Positions 8,769 to 17,294 of a stretch of DNA of 32,000 nucleotides are shown here, in pieces. The notes beneath the pieces are model-generated. The model was not told the origin of the DNA. It saw nothing but the letters and a program-made list of their open reading frames with translations, and made no database searches. Position 1 is the first letter of the stretch. The number at the start of each line of letters is the position of its first letter. A program made the translations under genes and the position numbers. Source of the DNA: Candidatus Electronema halotolerans (GTDB lineage Bacteria > Desulfobacterota > Desulfobulbia > Desulfobulbales > Desulfobulbaceae); NCBI GenBank assembly GCA_942493095.1, contig OW818675.1, forward strand, positions 1,230,001 to 1,262,000, written 5' to 3'.

Positions 8769-9308
8769 ATGGCTCTTCTTCCACCAATCGAGATTGAATC
8801 AGAACTAAGCTACGCTTACTTGCATGCCGTGGCAGCAATGGCGGGCATGTCGTGTGAATGTTCAGGCCGACATACTGATAAGCTGGGAGTTGATGCTATT
8901 GTCAGAGCGCAAGAACAGTTTTCCGATGAATCAATTTTGACTGATTTGGCTCTTGACGTACAATTGAAAGCAACAATTGTCGCACCAAGCAAAAAAAATG
9001 ACAGACTTTCATATCACCTCAAAGGAATAGACAGATACGATAAACTGAGAAAATCGACAGTAAATCCAGCCAGAATTCTTGTTGTTCTCTTTCTGCCAAA
9101 TAATGCCGCTGACTGGATGCACCAGACCCAAGAACAGTTAGCAATAAAAAAATGTGCTTGGTGGGTAAGTCTTAGAGGAGCACCTGAAACTGATAACGAT
9201 TCTGGCGTTACAGTATATCTTCCTTGCGCTCAGGTATTCAACGTGCAAAGTCTCAGAGATATTATGACACGTCTGTCTAAACAGGAGGAACTGCTGTATG
9301 ATGTATAA
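8769..9308 (+). CDS. DUF4365-like protein, putative PD-(D/E)XK-type nuclease fold
   Basis: 179 aa. 'HTDKLGVDAIVRAQ...LTDLALDVQLKATI' resembles the D...(D/E/Q)xK core of DUF4365 proteins. Confidence 0.6.
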   Translation: MALLPPIEIESELSYAYLHAVAAMAGMSCECSGRHTDKLGVDAIVRAQEQFSDESILTDLALDVQLKATIVAPSKKNDRLSYHLKGIDRYDKLRKSTVNPARILVVLFLPNNAADWMHQTQEQLAIKKCAWWVSLRGAPETDNDSGVTVYLPCAQVFNVQSLRDIMTRLSKQEELLYDV

Positions 9309-10455
9309 TTATCAATTATTACAGTTAGCCAGTCAGATACTTCCAACTGAAGCAAGAAATTATGCGAAAGTTCATGGCTGGGAGCCTGTCACGGCAGCTA
9401 AAGGCAGGATTTGGGTCTTCAGGCATAGCGTGCAGAAACTTCGCCAGCTCGTTATCCCTATAGACCAAGAGGACGATGCATATTCTGAAGCAATTGTAGA
9501 GGTGTTGCAACGAATAGCTGACGATGAAAAGCGCAGTCCAATTGCTGTTGCTTCAGACCTCCTGATGCCGAATTCAGATATTGTACGGTTTCGAGTCGCC
9601 GGGGATGATATATTAGCTGGAAATTTATCTCTTGAGGATGGAGCATGTCTGATTGAAGGCGCAAAACGAGCTATTCTCTCGTCAGCGTGCTCGGTTATTA
9701 ACAAGACAACACACCATCCAAGAATGAGCAGGAGTGAAGCAGCAGAGATGCTGAAAGCCTGCAAGTTTGGCCAAACTGAATATGGGAGTTTTGTCGCTAA
9801 AATCGCCTGCCCTCTTAATGCGGTGGAGACAAATGCGTCTTTATTAGATGCGACGATGCCGTTTGTACGACATGCAACAAAATTGCTATCTTCAGCATGT
9901 CATCAACTTGTTGAGAGCATTGAAAATGATGCCGTATCAGCATTGATAGAAAACAATTCAGCCAACCCGATAATAACATCTAATCTCTGTGATGCTCTGC
10001 TGCGAATGCAAGGAGGGAGGGAAAAAAGCTCTCTTGGTATCGACATCACATGGGCTTCTAATCCCAATGTTCCCATTCCTGATGTTCCAAGGGGGGTAGT
10101 CTTCAAAGCGGAATACTTCCGAACAGTAGATGAAATACAAAGAGCATTGCGGCCTAAAAAAGAGAGCGACAGTTCTCAAACGTTGCTTGGCACTGTAGAA
10201 ACTTTAAATGGCCCTGTAGGTGAGGATGGCCGCCGTTCCGGTGAAGTGATTTTAGCCCTGCTTCTTGAGGATGAAGAGGTTGTCCGTGCCCGTGCTGTTC
10301 TTGGTCCAGATGAATATGCCCGTGCTGTTCAAGCTCATAACAAAGGGCGAACTTATATAATGGTTAAAGGTGTGCTTCAACGAGGGAACCGAATCAGCAG
10401 CCTGCAACAGGTTGAATCCTTCGATCTTGTAGGTCAATCTCCTCCTTCAGAGTAA
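9298..10455 (+). CDS. Hypothetical protein, probable translationally coupled partner of the DUF4365-like gene
   Basis: 385 aa. Start overlaps the upstream gene by 11 bp. No recognised domain ('MMYNYQLLQLASQILPTEARNYAKVHGWEPV...'). Confidence 0.7.
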   Translation: MMYNYQLLQLASQILPTEARNYAKVHGWEPVTAAKGRIWVFRHSVQKLRQLVIPIDQEDDAYSEAIVEVLQRIADDEKRSPIAVASDLLMPNSDIVRFRVAGDDILAGNLSLEDGACLIEGAKRAILSSACSVINKTTHHPRMSRSEAAEMLKACKFGQTEYGSFVAKIACPLNAVETNASLLDATMPFVRHATKLLSSACHQLVESIENDAVSALIENNSANPIITSNLCDALLRMQGGREKSSLGIDITWASNPNVPIPDVPRGVVFKAEYFRTVDEIQRALRPKKESDSSQTLLGTVETLNGPVGEDGRRSGEVILALLLEDEEVVRARAVLGPDEYARAVQAHNKGRTYIMVKGVLQRGNRISSLQQVESFDLVGQSPPSE

Positions 10456-10482
10456 TTTATTCTGACGCGGTCGTGTCGGAAG

Positions 10483-10618
10483 AAACCATCTGAATAGTTC
10501 CCCGGAAACATACTGGTATGTTCTCAGAAAACCATCTATATGGTTTTGGAAAACCATTCAGATAGTTTCCTCAGTACCATATAGATAGTTTCTCCGAAAC
10601 CATTCAGATGGTTTTCCG
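10483..10618. repeat. Array of about six degenerate, palindrome-like units
   Basis: Units: AAACCATCTGAATAGTTCCCCGG / AAACATACTGGTATGTTCTCAG / AAAACCATCTATATGGTTTTGG / AAAACCATTCAGATAGTTTCCTCAG / TACCATATAGATAGTTTCTCCG / AAACCATTCAGATGGTTTTCCG. Confidence 0.8.
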
Positions 10619-10653
10619 TCGTCCTTCTCCTTGCCGCATTGCCCTCTATTTTG

Positions 10654-10682
10654 TTGACAAAGCCCAGCCGCCGCCGTATCTT
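10654..10682 (+). promoter_or_regulatory. Sigma70-like promoter upstream of the HU-like/DUF4469-like gene
   Basis: TTGACA (10654-10659), 17-nt spacer, TATCTT (10677-10682). Confidence 0.5.
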
Positions 10683-10741
10683 GGCCTGATCAAGCAAAAT
10701 CGTTTGCATCATCATATCTTTGAATCCGCATGGAGGGCATT

Positions 10742-11812
10742 ATGGGCACTGTGCAATATCGCGTCGAGCCGAATCCGCTGACCAAACCTGCATCCTACAA
10801 GCTCCGCTTCATCCCCCAACAGACAGCGGGCTACGATGAGCTGGCCGCTGCCCTTGCTGAGGACAACGGCCTGAGCGTCGAGCAGGCCAAGGCATTCCTC
10901 CAGTCAACGGTGAAGAATATCAAGAAGATGCTCTGCAACGGCATTCAGGTGACGCTGGAGGAAGCCTTCACTTTCGCCCTCTCCTTTCATGCCCGCCTGA
11001 CCAACCCGGATGACCCGCTGCCGCCGATTGACGAACTCCTTCGGGTCAGCATTTCGGCCAGTCGTCCTTTTGTCCAAGATATTGGGCAAGATATCACCTT
11101 GGAACGGGTTGCGGCAGCAGAAAAGGCTCCGGCCATCCTCTCCGCCGCAGACACGACCCTGCTGCTGAACAATGTCCTCAACCCGGACGGCGTGCTCCGC
11201 CTGACCGGCAGCAATCTTGCCTTTGACCGCAGCAGCCCGGACTGCCGCTGCCTCATTGTCGGCACCCAGAGCGGCAGCACGGAACAAACTCAGTTCGCGG
11301 GCATCAGCGACAGCGAAGTCCTGCTGGTGCCGCATATTCCGGCGCAGGCAAATCCTTGGAATAACGAGTACACGGTCTCGATCACCACCCGCTACACTGA
11401 ACATGGCTCGCTGCGCACCGGCACTTATGGACGCAAGCTGCGCTCGCCCCTGACTGCTGTCAATCTCAGTCATCCGAACCCGCCGGAGACCGGCATTCTT
11501 ACGGGCAGCGCGGCAAGCGCGTATGTCAGCATCATCGGCTGCACCATCTCGGCCAGCGAGCGGCTGCGCATTCAAGTCGATGCCAGTGTGCAGGAAAATC
11601 AGCTTTCCTTCCGCTTGGTGGCCATGCAGGACGGCGGCGCAATTGGCGGCATGGTGCCGGTGACGGCTAACGGGGAATTCACCCTGCCCGGTTTTGCCGG
11701 TTCCGCAGTCAGCAGCTTGCAGATCAGGGTTGATGACTATGCCGCCCTGCGAACGATGATCCGCAACGATTATGACAGCAGACTGGTGGATATTTTGGAT
11801 TTGCAGGTGTAG
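10742..11812 (+). CDS. HU-like DNA-binding-domain protein with a C-terminal DUF4469-like Ig-type region
   Basis: 'MGTVQYRVEPNPLTKPASYKLRFIPQQTAGYDELAAALAEDNGLSVEQAKAFLQSTVKNIKKMLCNG' is an HU-like domain of the DUF4469 family. C-terminus contains 'NNVLNPDGVLRLTGSNLAFDRSSPDCRCLIVG'. Confidence 0.65.
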   Translation: MGTVQYRVEPNPLTKPASYKLRFIPQQTAGYDELAAALAEDNGLSVEQAKAFLQSTVKNIKKMLCNGIQVTLEEAFTFALSFHARLTNPDDPLPPIDELLRVSISASRPFVQDIGQDITLERVAAAEKAPAILSAADTTLLLNNVLNPDGVLRLTGSNLAFDRSSPDCRCLIVGTQSGSTEQTQFAGISDSEVLLVPHIPAQANPWNNEYTVSITTRYTEHGSLRTGTYGRKLRSPLTAVNLSHPNPPETGILTGSAASAYVSIIGCTISASERLRIQVDASVQENQLSFRLVAMQDGGAIGGMVPVTANGEFTLPGFAGSAVSSLQIRVDDYAALRTMIRNDYDSRLVDILDLQV

Positions 11813-11905
11813 GATAGTGGGTTGAGAATGGGTGGCGTTGGGGAGGGCGGGTGCTTTCCCCAACAGGGGCTGTCCTTGCAATATTGCAGGGTAATATGAG
11901 GCATC

Positions 11906-12523
11906 ATGGATATTCTGAAGACAGTACGTCAGGCGATAAAGGGATTTTGCGTTGAGTTTGTCAATCATCCCTATCTGTGCTATACAGAGCATGGTCAACA
12001 TGCGTTATTTTATACGCGGTTATATAACCTTCTCCCAGAAGAAGAACGATATGTGTCGTATCAGAATCAAAGGGTTTGTATCCTTCAAAAGGAATATCCA
12101 ACCGCCACGAATTTAGGAAAACCAAAACGGCAACATTGGGATGTATCTGTTTTAGCTACACTGCCAACAAACAAGTTAACGAGAGAAGGTTATGATTATT
12201 TACCCTTGTTAGCCAGTATTGAGTTTGGACTAAATGCAACGGAAGAACATTTGAAGGATGACATCGAACGACTTGGACATCCCGATGCAAATGTCATGCA
12301 AGGGTTTATAGTGCATCTTTATCGATTATCCCCTTCTGGGCATCAGTTTTCTCGCCGAGACTTGTCTAATAAGACGAAGAACATGCTTACACCTCAACAG
12401 GTAGGAGATTTAACCGTAGGGCGGTCTGTCGAAATATACTACGGAATGGCTGATAGCACGGGCAAATATCAATCTGGCGTATGGCATATCAGTGGCGACA
12501 ATGTGGAGCCATTAAGGCCGTAA
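11906..12523 (+). CDS. Hypothetical protein
   Basis: 205 aa ORF with ordinary coding composition and no recognised domain. Confidence 0.6.
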   Translation: MDILKTVRQAIKGFCVEFVNHPYLCYTEHGQHALFYTRLYNLLPEEERYVSYQNQRVCILQKEYPTATNLGKPKRQHWDVSVLATLPTNKLTREGYDYLPLLASIEFGLNATEEHLKDDIERLGHPDANVMQGFIVHLYRLSPSGHQFSRRDLSNKTKNMLTPQQVGDLTVGRSVEIYYGMADSTGKYQSGVWHISGDNVEPLRP

Positions 12524-12524
12524 G

Positions 12525-12542
12525 CTGGGCTTATAAGCCCAG
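12525..12542. repeat. Perfect 18-bp palindrome directly after the stop codon
   Basis: CTGGGCTTATAAGCCCAG. Confidence 0.7.
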
Positions 12543-12644
12543 TCTAACAACTTGCCGCAGCAGCACTGTTTGCATACGTTGCGCAGGCTGCATATCTTGA
12601 TGGCTGCAAAGCATGGTAAGTATCCATAGCCCAGCTTTTAAACT

Positions 12645-12902
12645 ATGCCTGAATTAAGCAGATTCCTTGGAATAGTGATACGCATGTATCTTCGTGAACA
12701 TGCTCCTGCGCATTTCCATGCCGAGTATGGAGAATACGAAATCACGGTGGATATTGAATCAGGAGTTGTGACGGGAAAGTTTCCACGAAGAGCATTGATG
12801 GCCGTTCTTGACTGGTACGTGCTGCATCAGGATGAACTCATGGCTAACTGGAATGCTGCCATGAACAGAAAGCCTCTGTCAAAAATTGAACCATTGGAAT
12901 AG
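12645..12902 (+). CDS. DUF4160-family protein
   Basis: 85 aa. 'MPELSRFLGIVIRMYLREHAPAHFHAEYGEYEITVDIESG...L..VLDWYVLHQDELMANWN' is characteristic of DUF4160. Confidence 0.88.
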   Translation: MPELSRFLGIVIRMYLREHAPAHFHAEYGEYEITVDIESGVVTGKFPRRALMAVLDWYVLHQDELMANWNAAMNRKPLSKIEPLE

Positions 12903-12904
12903 GT

Positions 12905-13171
12905 ATGTTCACACATGTTGAGCAAGCAAAATATCTTGACGGCTATAAAGTATGGTTAGCCTTCAACGACGGAGCAGAGGGTGAAATAGACTTGTCATCT
13001 GAATTATACGGCGAGATATTTGAACCATTGAAGGATGTGTCGTATTTCAAGTCGTTCACCTTGGAAGGCCACACCCTGTCATGGAGCAACGGAGCAGATT
13101 TTGCTCCTGAGTTCCTGCGTGAGCATGTAAACTGCATTGATCGGAGAAAAGCAGTTATAGATGATAACTGA
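12905..13171 (+). CDS. DUF2442-family protein
   Basis: 88 aa. 'YLDGYKVWLAFNDGAEGEIDLSSELYGEIFEPLKDVSYFKSFTLEGHTLSWSNGADFAPEFL' is characteristic of DUF2442. Adjacent to DUF4160. Confidence 0.88.
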   Translation: MFTHVEQAKYLDGYKVWLAFNDGAEGEIDLSSELYGEIFEPLKDVSYFKSFTLEGHTLSWSNGADFAPEFLREHVNCIDRRKAVIDDN

Positions 13172-13283
13172 CTTTGAGGAGTTGTGGATTCAACTCGCAA
13201 GTGCAACTTTTCGTATATTCACCTCACTATTGCCGCTCATCCGCTGCCCAGCCGCCGCTGCTTGCAGTAGCGGCCTATCTTCC

Positions 13284-13312
13284 TTGACAAAGCACCTGAT
13301 GCTGCCTATGCT
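13284..13312 (+). promoter_or_regulatory. Sigma70-like promoter for the SPFH gene
   Basis: TTGACA (13284-13289), 17-nt spacer, TATGCT (13307-13312). Confidence 0.5.
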
Positions 13313-13400
13313 GCCTGAGCAAGACCAGCATCTCTCGCCTGCCATCGTGCTTGCTGCGGGCAGGCGGGCTGTTGATTGATCAACTTACAAGGAGAACCGC

Positions 13401-15368
13401 ATGGACCGAGAAATTCAGGAACGAAAGCGACAAGGCGGCATCATGGAGCAGCTGCTCAAACTCAGGCTGCGGACCATTTTAGGCTTGCTCCTTGTTTCTC
13501 TGCCGCTCATCTATATCGGCATTTCCTTAGTCTCAATTGAAGAAGGCCATGTCGGCATTGTCTTTGCCAAAGTTGGCAGCAAGCCTGCCGTGGCAGACCG
13601 CTTCATTGTCGAGGCAGGCGAGAAAGGTTATCAGCGCGAGGTGCTGATGCCGGGCATGCGCTTCTACTGGTTCTTGGAGCCATTCTGGAAATACACGATC
13701 ACTGAGGAACCGTTTGTCAAAATCCCACCCGGCATGATCGGGGTGGTCAATGCCAAGGATGGCTATCCCATGCGGCCCGGACAAATTTTGGCTGATTCGG
13801 ATGTCTATGGCGAGGACGGCACCTTTACAATGGGGCAGAAGGGGCCGCGCTTGGAAATCCTCAAGCCGGGCGAATACCCGATCAACACTGCCTACTTGGA
13901 GGTCAAGCAGTTCCCGGCAGTGCAAATCCCGGAAGGCAGCCTTGGGGTTTTGACCCGCCTCTACGGTGAGGATCCGCCGCAGGGCACCATCCTCGTGGCC
14001 AAAGAGAGCGGCTTCCGTGGCATCATCCGGGAAGTCCTGCAACCAGGCACCTATTACATCAATCCCAAAGCCTACAAGACTGAGATCGTTGCAGCGGCCA
14101 AGATTGACAAGGGCCAGGTGGGCATCATCACCAAACGAGTGGGCAAAATTCCGCCTGAAGGCACGATCTTGGTTGATGCGAATGACGAGTTCCAAGGCAT
14201 CCAGAAGCAGGTGCTGCAGCCGGGCATGTACTACATCAATCCTTATGAAAAGGCCCTGCGCATTGAGGATGCGGTATCGGTGCCAGATGGTCATGTGGGT
14301 GTGCAGATTGCCAAGACCGGCATTGCCAAACCGGTTGATCAGCTCTTGGCTAAAGCAGGCGAGCGCGGCATTCAGGAGGACACCATGCCGCCTGGTCTCT
14401 ACTATCTCAATCCCTATGCGGTGGAAGTGGTTAATATTGACATCCGCCAGCAGCGCTATGAAATGACCTACCTTGAAGGGCAAGGCGACACCCAGCAGAA
14501 TGATGCAATCGTCTTTTATTCAGATGACGGCTTTGAAATCGCCATTGATGTGACTGTGCTCTTTCAGGTGCTGCCCAATGATGCGCCTTATGTGGTGGCC
14601 ACCATTGGCCGGCGCATTGACGACATCAAGGAGAAGATCATCCGGCCCCAGGCCCGTTCGTATGCCCGGATACTTGGTTCCCGCTACAAGGGCGAGGACT
14701 TTGTCCACGGCGCGACCAGAGAGACCTTTCAGAACGATCTGCATAAAGAGTTGCAGGCCAAAACGATAGAGAGCCGAGTGCAGATGAATCAGGCTTTGGT
14801 GCGTCATTTTGAGGTGCCGACGCAGCTCCGCCAGCCGATCACTGACAAGGTCATTGCCCTGAAGATGCAGGAGAAGTTTGAGCAGGAGCAGAAGACCCAG
14901 AAAGCCAATGCTGACTTGGCCCGTGAAAAGGAGAAGGTGAACTTTGAGTCTGCCAAGGTGGTGGCTGAGACCAAGAAGGTCAAGGCCATCATCCTGGCCG
15001 AGGAGGAGCGGGAGGTTGAGGAAATCAACGTGGCCAAGAAGGAGTTTATTGCCCAAGGCGAAGCCAAGAAGGTTCAGATCGGGGCGGACGCGAACCTGTA
15101 TCAACAGGAGAAAGAGGCTGAAGGTATTTTGGCCGTAGGCAAGGCTAAGGCAGAGGCTAAGAAGCTGGAGCTGTCTGCCTATGAGGGTGACGGCGGCCTG
15201 CGCTTTGCTGAGGTGGAAAAGGCCAAGGCTCTGGGCAGCGGCATTGAAAAGATATACTACATCCCCTCTGACATGAGCATCAACGCCATTGCCAAGGATT
15301 TCGAGAACGCCATCACCGTCGGCCTGCCAGAGCGGCAGAAGGCGGCGGCCAGTCAAACGCAGCCTTGA
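13401..15368 (+). CDS. SPFH/Band 7 (flotillin-like) membrane-anchored protein with repeated N-terminal modules
   Basis: 655 aa. N-terminal TM 'TILGLLLVSLPLIYIGISLVSI'. Repeated 'LQPGTYYINPKAYKTEIV', 'LQPGMYYINPYEKALRIE', 'MPPGLYYLNPYAVEVVNID'. SPFH region 'VLFQVLPNDAPYVVATIG' and a long coiled-coil with AKKEFIAQGEAKK. Confidence 0.85.
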   Translation: MDREIQERKRQGGIMEQLLKLRLRTILGLLLVSLPLIYIGISLVSIEEGHVGIVFAKVGSKPAVADRFIVEAGEKGYQREVLMPGMRFYWFLEPFWKYTITEEPFVKIPPGMIGVVNAKDGYPMRPGQILADSDVYGEDGTFTMGQKGPRLEILKPGEYPINTAYLEVKQFPAVQIPEGSLGVLTRLYGEDPPQGTILVAKESGFRGIIREVLQPGTYYINPKAYKTEIVAAAKIDKGQVGIITKRVGKIPPEGTILVDANDEFQGIQKQVLQPGMYYINPYEKALRIEDAVSVPDGHVGVQIAKTGIAKPVDQLLAKAGERGIQEDTMPPGLYYLNPYAVEVVNIDIRQQRYEMTYLEGQGDTQQNDAIVFYSDDGFEIAIDVTVLFQVLPNDAPYVVATIGRRIDDIKEKIIRPQARSYARILGSRYKGEDFVHGATRETFQNDLHKELQAKTIESRVQMNQALVRHFEVPTQLRQPITDKVIALKMQEKFEQEQKTQKANADLAREKEKVNFESAKVVAETKKVKAIILAEEEREVEEINVAKKEFIAQGEAKKVQIGADANLYQQEKEAEGILAVGKAKAEAKKLELSAYEGDGGLRFAEVEKAKALGSGIEKIYYIPSDMSINAIAKDFENAITVGLPERQKAAASQTQP

Positions 15369-15429
15369 TGTTGCAGAGCTTGCAGGAACGGGGAGAGGCT
15401 GTTAGCGTTGTGGTCGAATTCAATCCCCT

Positions 15430-16161
15430 TCACGATTTCTGCACATCCAGCGAGAAACAGAGATGCCCGAACCGCTGCTCGATATAATCAAGCAACGTGT
15501 AGATGAGCAGGACAACCCCGATCATCTCCAAGAACTCCTCAATCGTGAACAGCACGATATAGGTGACGGTGTAATAGCCGTGCAATTCAGCCTCTTTTCC
15601 GCCGAGCATATCAAATCCCACAGCCCCGCTCAGAAAGATAATCGCGGAAAGGATCAAGAGAACAGTTGTCTTGCGGGGAAGGCGAAGAATAAAGCGAAAA
15701 TAGAGCAGCCCCAGGATGATCATCAGGATGCTGTAGGGAATAACCCAAGGAAAATAGAGCAAGCCGCTTGCCTCAAGAATCCCTGTTGATTTGATGTATT
15801 CCGCTGTGTAATCACCGAGTCTTTCATGCAGGACAAAGGATTCATCTAAGGAGAGAAAAAGAAAAACAGCGGCAAGACCGAGCCAGTAACGGCGCTTACT
15901 TCCCTGTTTTTCCTCTAACGAGGCGATACAGAAAAAGAGAAGGGAAGATAAAAAGAGGGCCAAGCCTGAATACAAGGAAGGGATATTCTTCTCTATATCC
16001 AGATCAACATAGCTTGTAATGTACCTCAGATCCTGATTCCCGGTATAGAGAAGAACTGCCTGGGCTATACAGTGCAGCACGGTCAACAGGATGACAAATG
16101 CCAGCAAAAAGAGCGCTGTTTCGCGGGGATGAATTTTTAGCTGAAACATAGGCAGAACCAT
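15430..16161 (-). CDS. Multi-pass integral membrane protein, unknown function
   Basis: 243 aa with several hydrophobic helices (ETALFLLAFVILLTVLHCIAQAVLL; LYSGLALFLSSLLFFCI; ILMIILGLLYFRFIL; TVLLILSAIIFLSGAVGF). Confidence 0.75.
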   Translation of the reverse strand: MVLPMFQLKIHPRETALFLLAFVILLTVLHCIAQAVLLYTGNQDLRYITSYVDLDIEKNIPSLYSGLALFLSSLLFFCIASLEEKQGSKRRYWLGLAAVFLFLSLDESFVLHERLGDYTAEYIKSTGILEASGLLYFPWVIPYSILMIILGLLYFRFILRLPRKTTVLLILSAIIFLSGAVGFDMLGGKEAELHGYYTVTYIVLFTIEEFLEMIGVVLLIYTLLDYIEQRFGHLCFSLDVQKS

Positions 16162-16257
16162 AATCTGAAAGTAATTGAAAGGGAAAGGAGAACGGTTTAT
16201 GCTTGTATCGAAGCTGGCTGCTGAGGCAGTGCAATAAATAACCTCCCGATATTCATG

Positions 16258-16759
16258 AGGAGCCGCCTCAGACTTTTCAGACAGCTCCTTCTTGTCATGC
16301 GCTGGCAGGCTTAATCGTTGTTAGTAGCTATAGCCTCTGTATTCATACCCATTGTTATTGTTGTAGTAAGGTGTTCCGGGCGTTCTTGGCGTTCCGGGCA
16401 CTCCATAAGCTCCTGGTGCTCCATAAGCTCCGGGCACTCCATAAGCACCGGGTGTTCCATAAGCACCGCGATATTCGTAGCGGCTGCCGCGATAACCATA
16501 ACTTCCATTATTGTAGTACGTTCCTGGATAAGCACCGCGATATTCATAGCGGCTGCCGTAGCCATAGCCGCGTTCATAGCCGCTGCCGTATCCGCCGCTG
16601 CCCTGGGCAGTTGCGAAAAGTGCCAGTACGAGGAATGATCCGGCCAAGGCGATAGCTGCTGTTGTCTTTTTCACGAGGAATCCTCCTTTTGTGGGTTAAA
16701 GAGAGCGAATTGCTCTTGTGTATGATTATATAATAGCAAAGAAAAGATTAACGGAAGAT
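16258..16759. repeat. Copy 1 of a roughly 502-bp tandem duplication (offset 535 bp)
   Basis: Starts AGGAGCCGCCTCAGACTTTTCAG and ends GAAAAGATTAACGGAAGAT. Near-identical to 16793-17294. Confidence 0.9.
16321..16674 (-). CDS. Secreted Gly/Tyr-rich repeat protein, copy 1
   Basis: 117 aa. Signal peptide MKKTTAAIALAGSFLVLALFATAQG, then YGYGSRYEYRGAYPG..., AYGVPGAYGAPGAYGVPG... low-complexity repeats. Confidence 0.75.
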   Translation of the reverse strand: MKKTTAAIALAGSFLVLALFATAQGSGGYGSGYERGYGYGSRYEYRGAYPGTYYNNGSYGYRGSRYEYRGAYGTPGAYGVPGAYGAPGAYGVPGTPRTPGTPYYNNNNGYEYRGYSY

Positions 16760-16792
16760 GAACTTGAAACTTTTTTTGCTTTCCAGGAAACA

Positions 16793-17294
16793 AGGAGCCG
16801 CCTCAGACTTTTCAGGCAGCTCCTTCTTGTCATGCGCTGGCAGGCTTAATCGTTGTTAGTAGCTATAGCCTCTGTATTCATACCCATTGTTATTGTTGTA
16901 GTAAGGTGTTCCGGGCGTTCTTGGCGTTCCGGGCACTCCATAAGCTCCTGGTGCTCCATAAGCTCCGGGCACTCCATAAGCACCGGGTGTTCCATAAGCA
17001 CCGCGATATTCGTAGCGGCTGCCGCGATAACCATAACTTCCATTATTGTAGTACGTTCCTGGATAAGCACCGCGATATTCATAGCGGCTGCCGTAGCCAT
17101 AGCCGCGTTCATAGCCGCTGCCATATCCGCCGCTGCCTTGGGCAGTTGCGAAAAGTGCCAGTACGAGGAATGATCCGGCCAAGGCGATAGCTGCTGTTGT
17201 CTTTTTCACGAGGAATCCTCCTTTTGTGGGTTAAAGAGAGCGAATTGCTCTTGTTTATAATTATAAGATAGCAAAGAAAAGATTAACGGAAGAT
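16793..17294. repeat. Copy 2 of the tandem duplication
   Basis: Aligns end to end with 16258-16759 with few substitutions. Confidence 0.9.
16856..17209 (-). CDS. Secreted Gly/Tyr-rich repeat protein, copy 2 (protein identical to copy 1)
   Basis: 117 aa translation identical to 16321-16674. Confidence 0.75.
   Translation of the reverse strand: MKKTTAAIALAGSFLVLALFATAQGSGGYGSGYERGYGYGSRYEYRGAYPGTYYNNGSYGYRGSRYEYRGAYGTPGAYGVPGAYGAPGAYGVPGTPRTPGTPYYNNNNGYEYRGYSY

Noticed and set aside
10483-10618. Possible CRISPR array
   Set aside because: The units are contiguous and degenerate, with no unique 25-40 nt spacers and no cas genes in the window.
10904-12001. 365-aa reverse ORF
   Set aside because: Shadow ORF antisense to the HU-like/DUF4469-like gene; low-complexity Ala/Arg-rich translation with no recognisable family.
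13533-14483. 316-aa reverse ORF, and the 14520-15356 reverse ORF
   Set aside because: Antisense shadows of the clearly coding SPFH gene.
16318-17190. Duplicated forward ORFs (106 aa and 94 aa) over the Gly/Tyr-rich genes
   Set aside because: They are complementary-strand readings of a repetitive gene. Only the reverse-strand frame gives a signal peptide and a coherent repeat protein.
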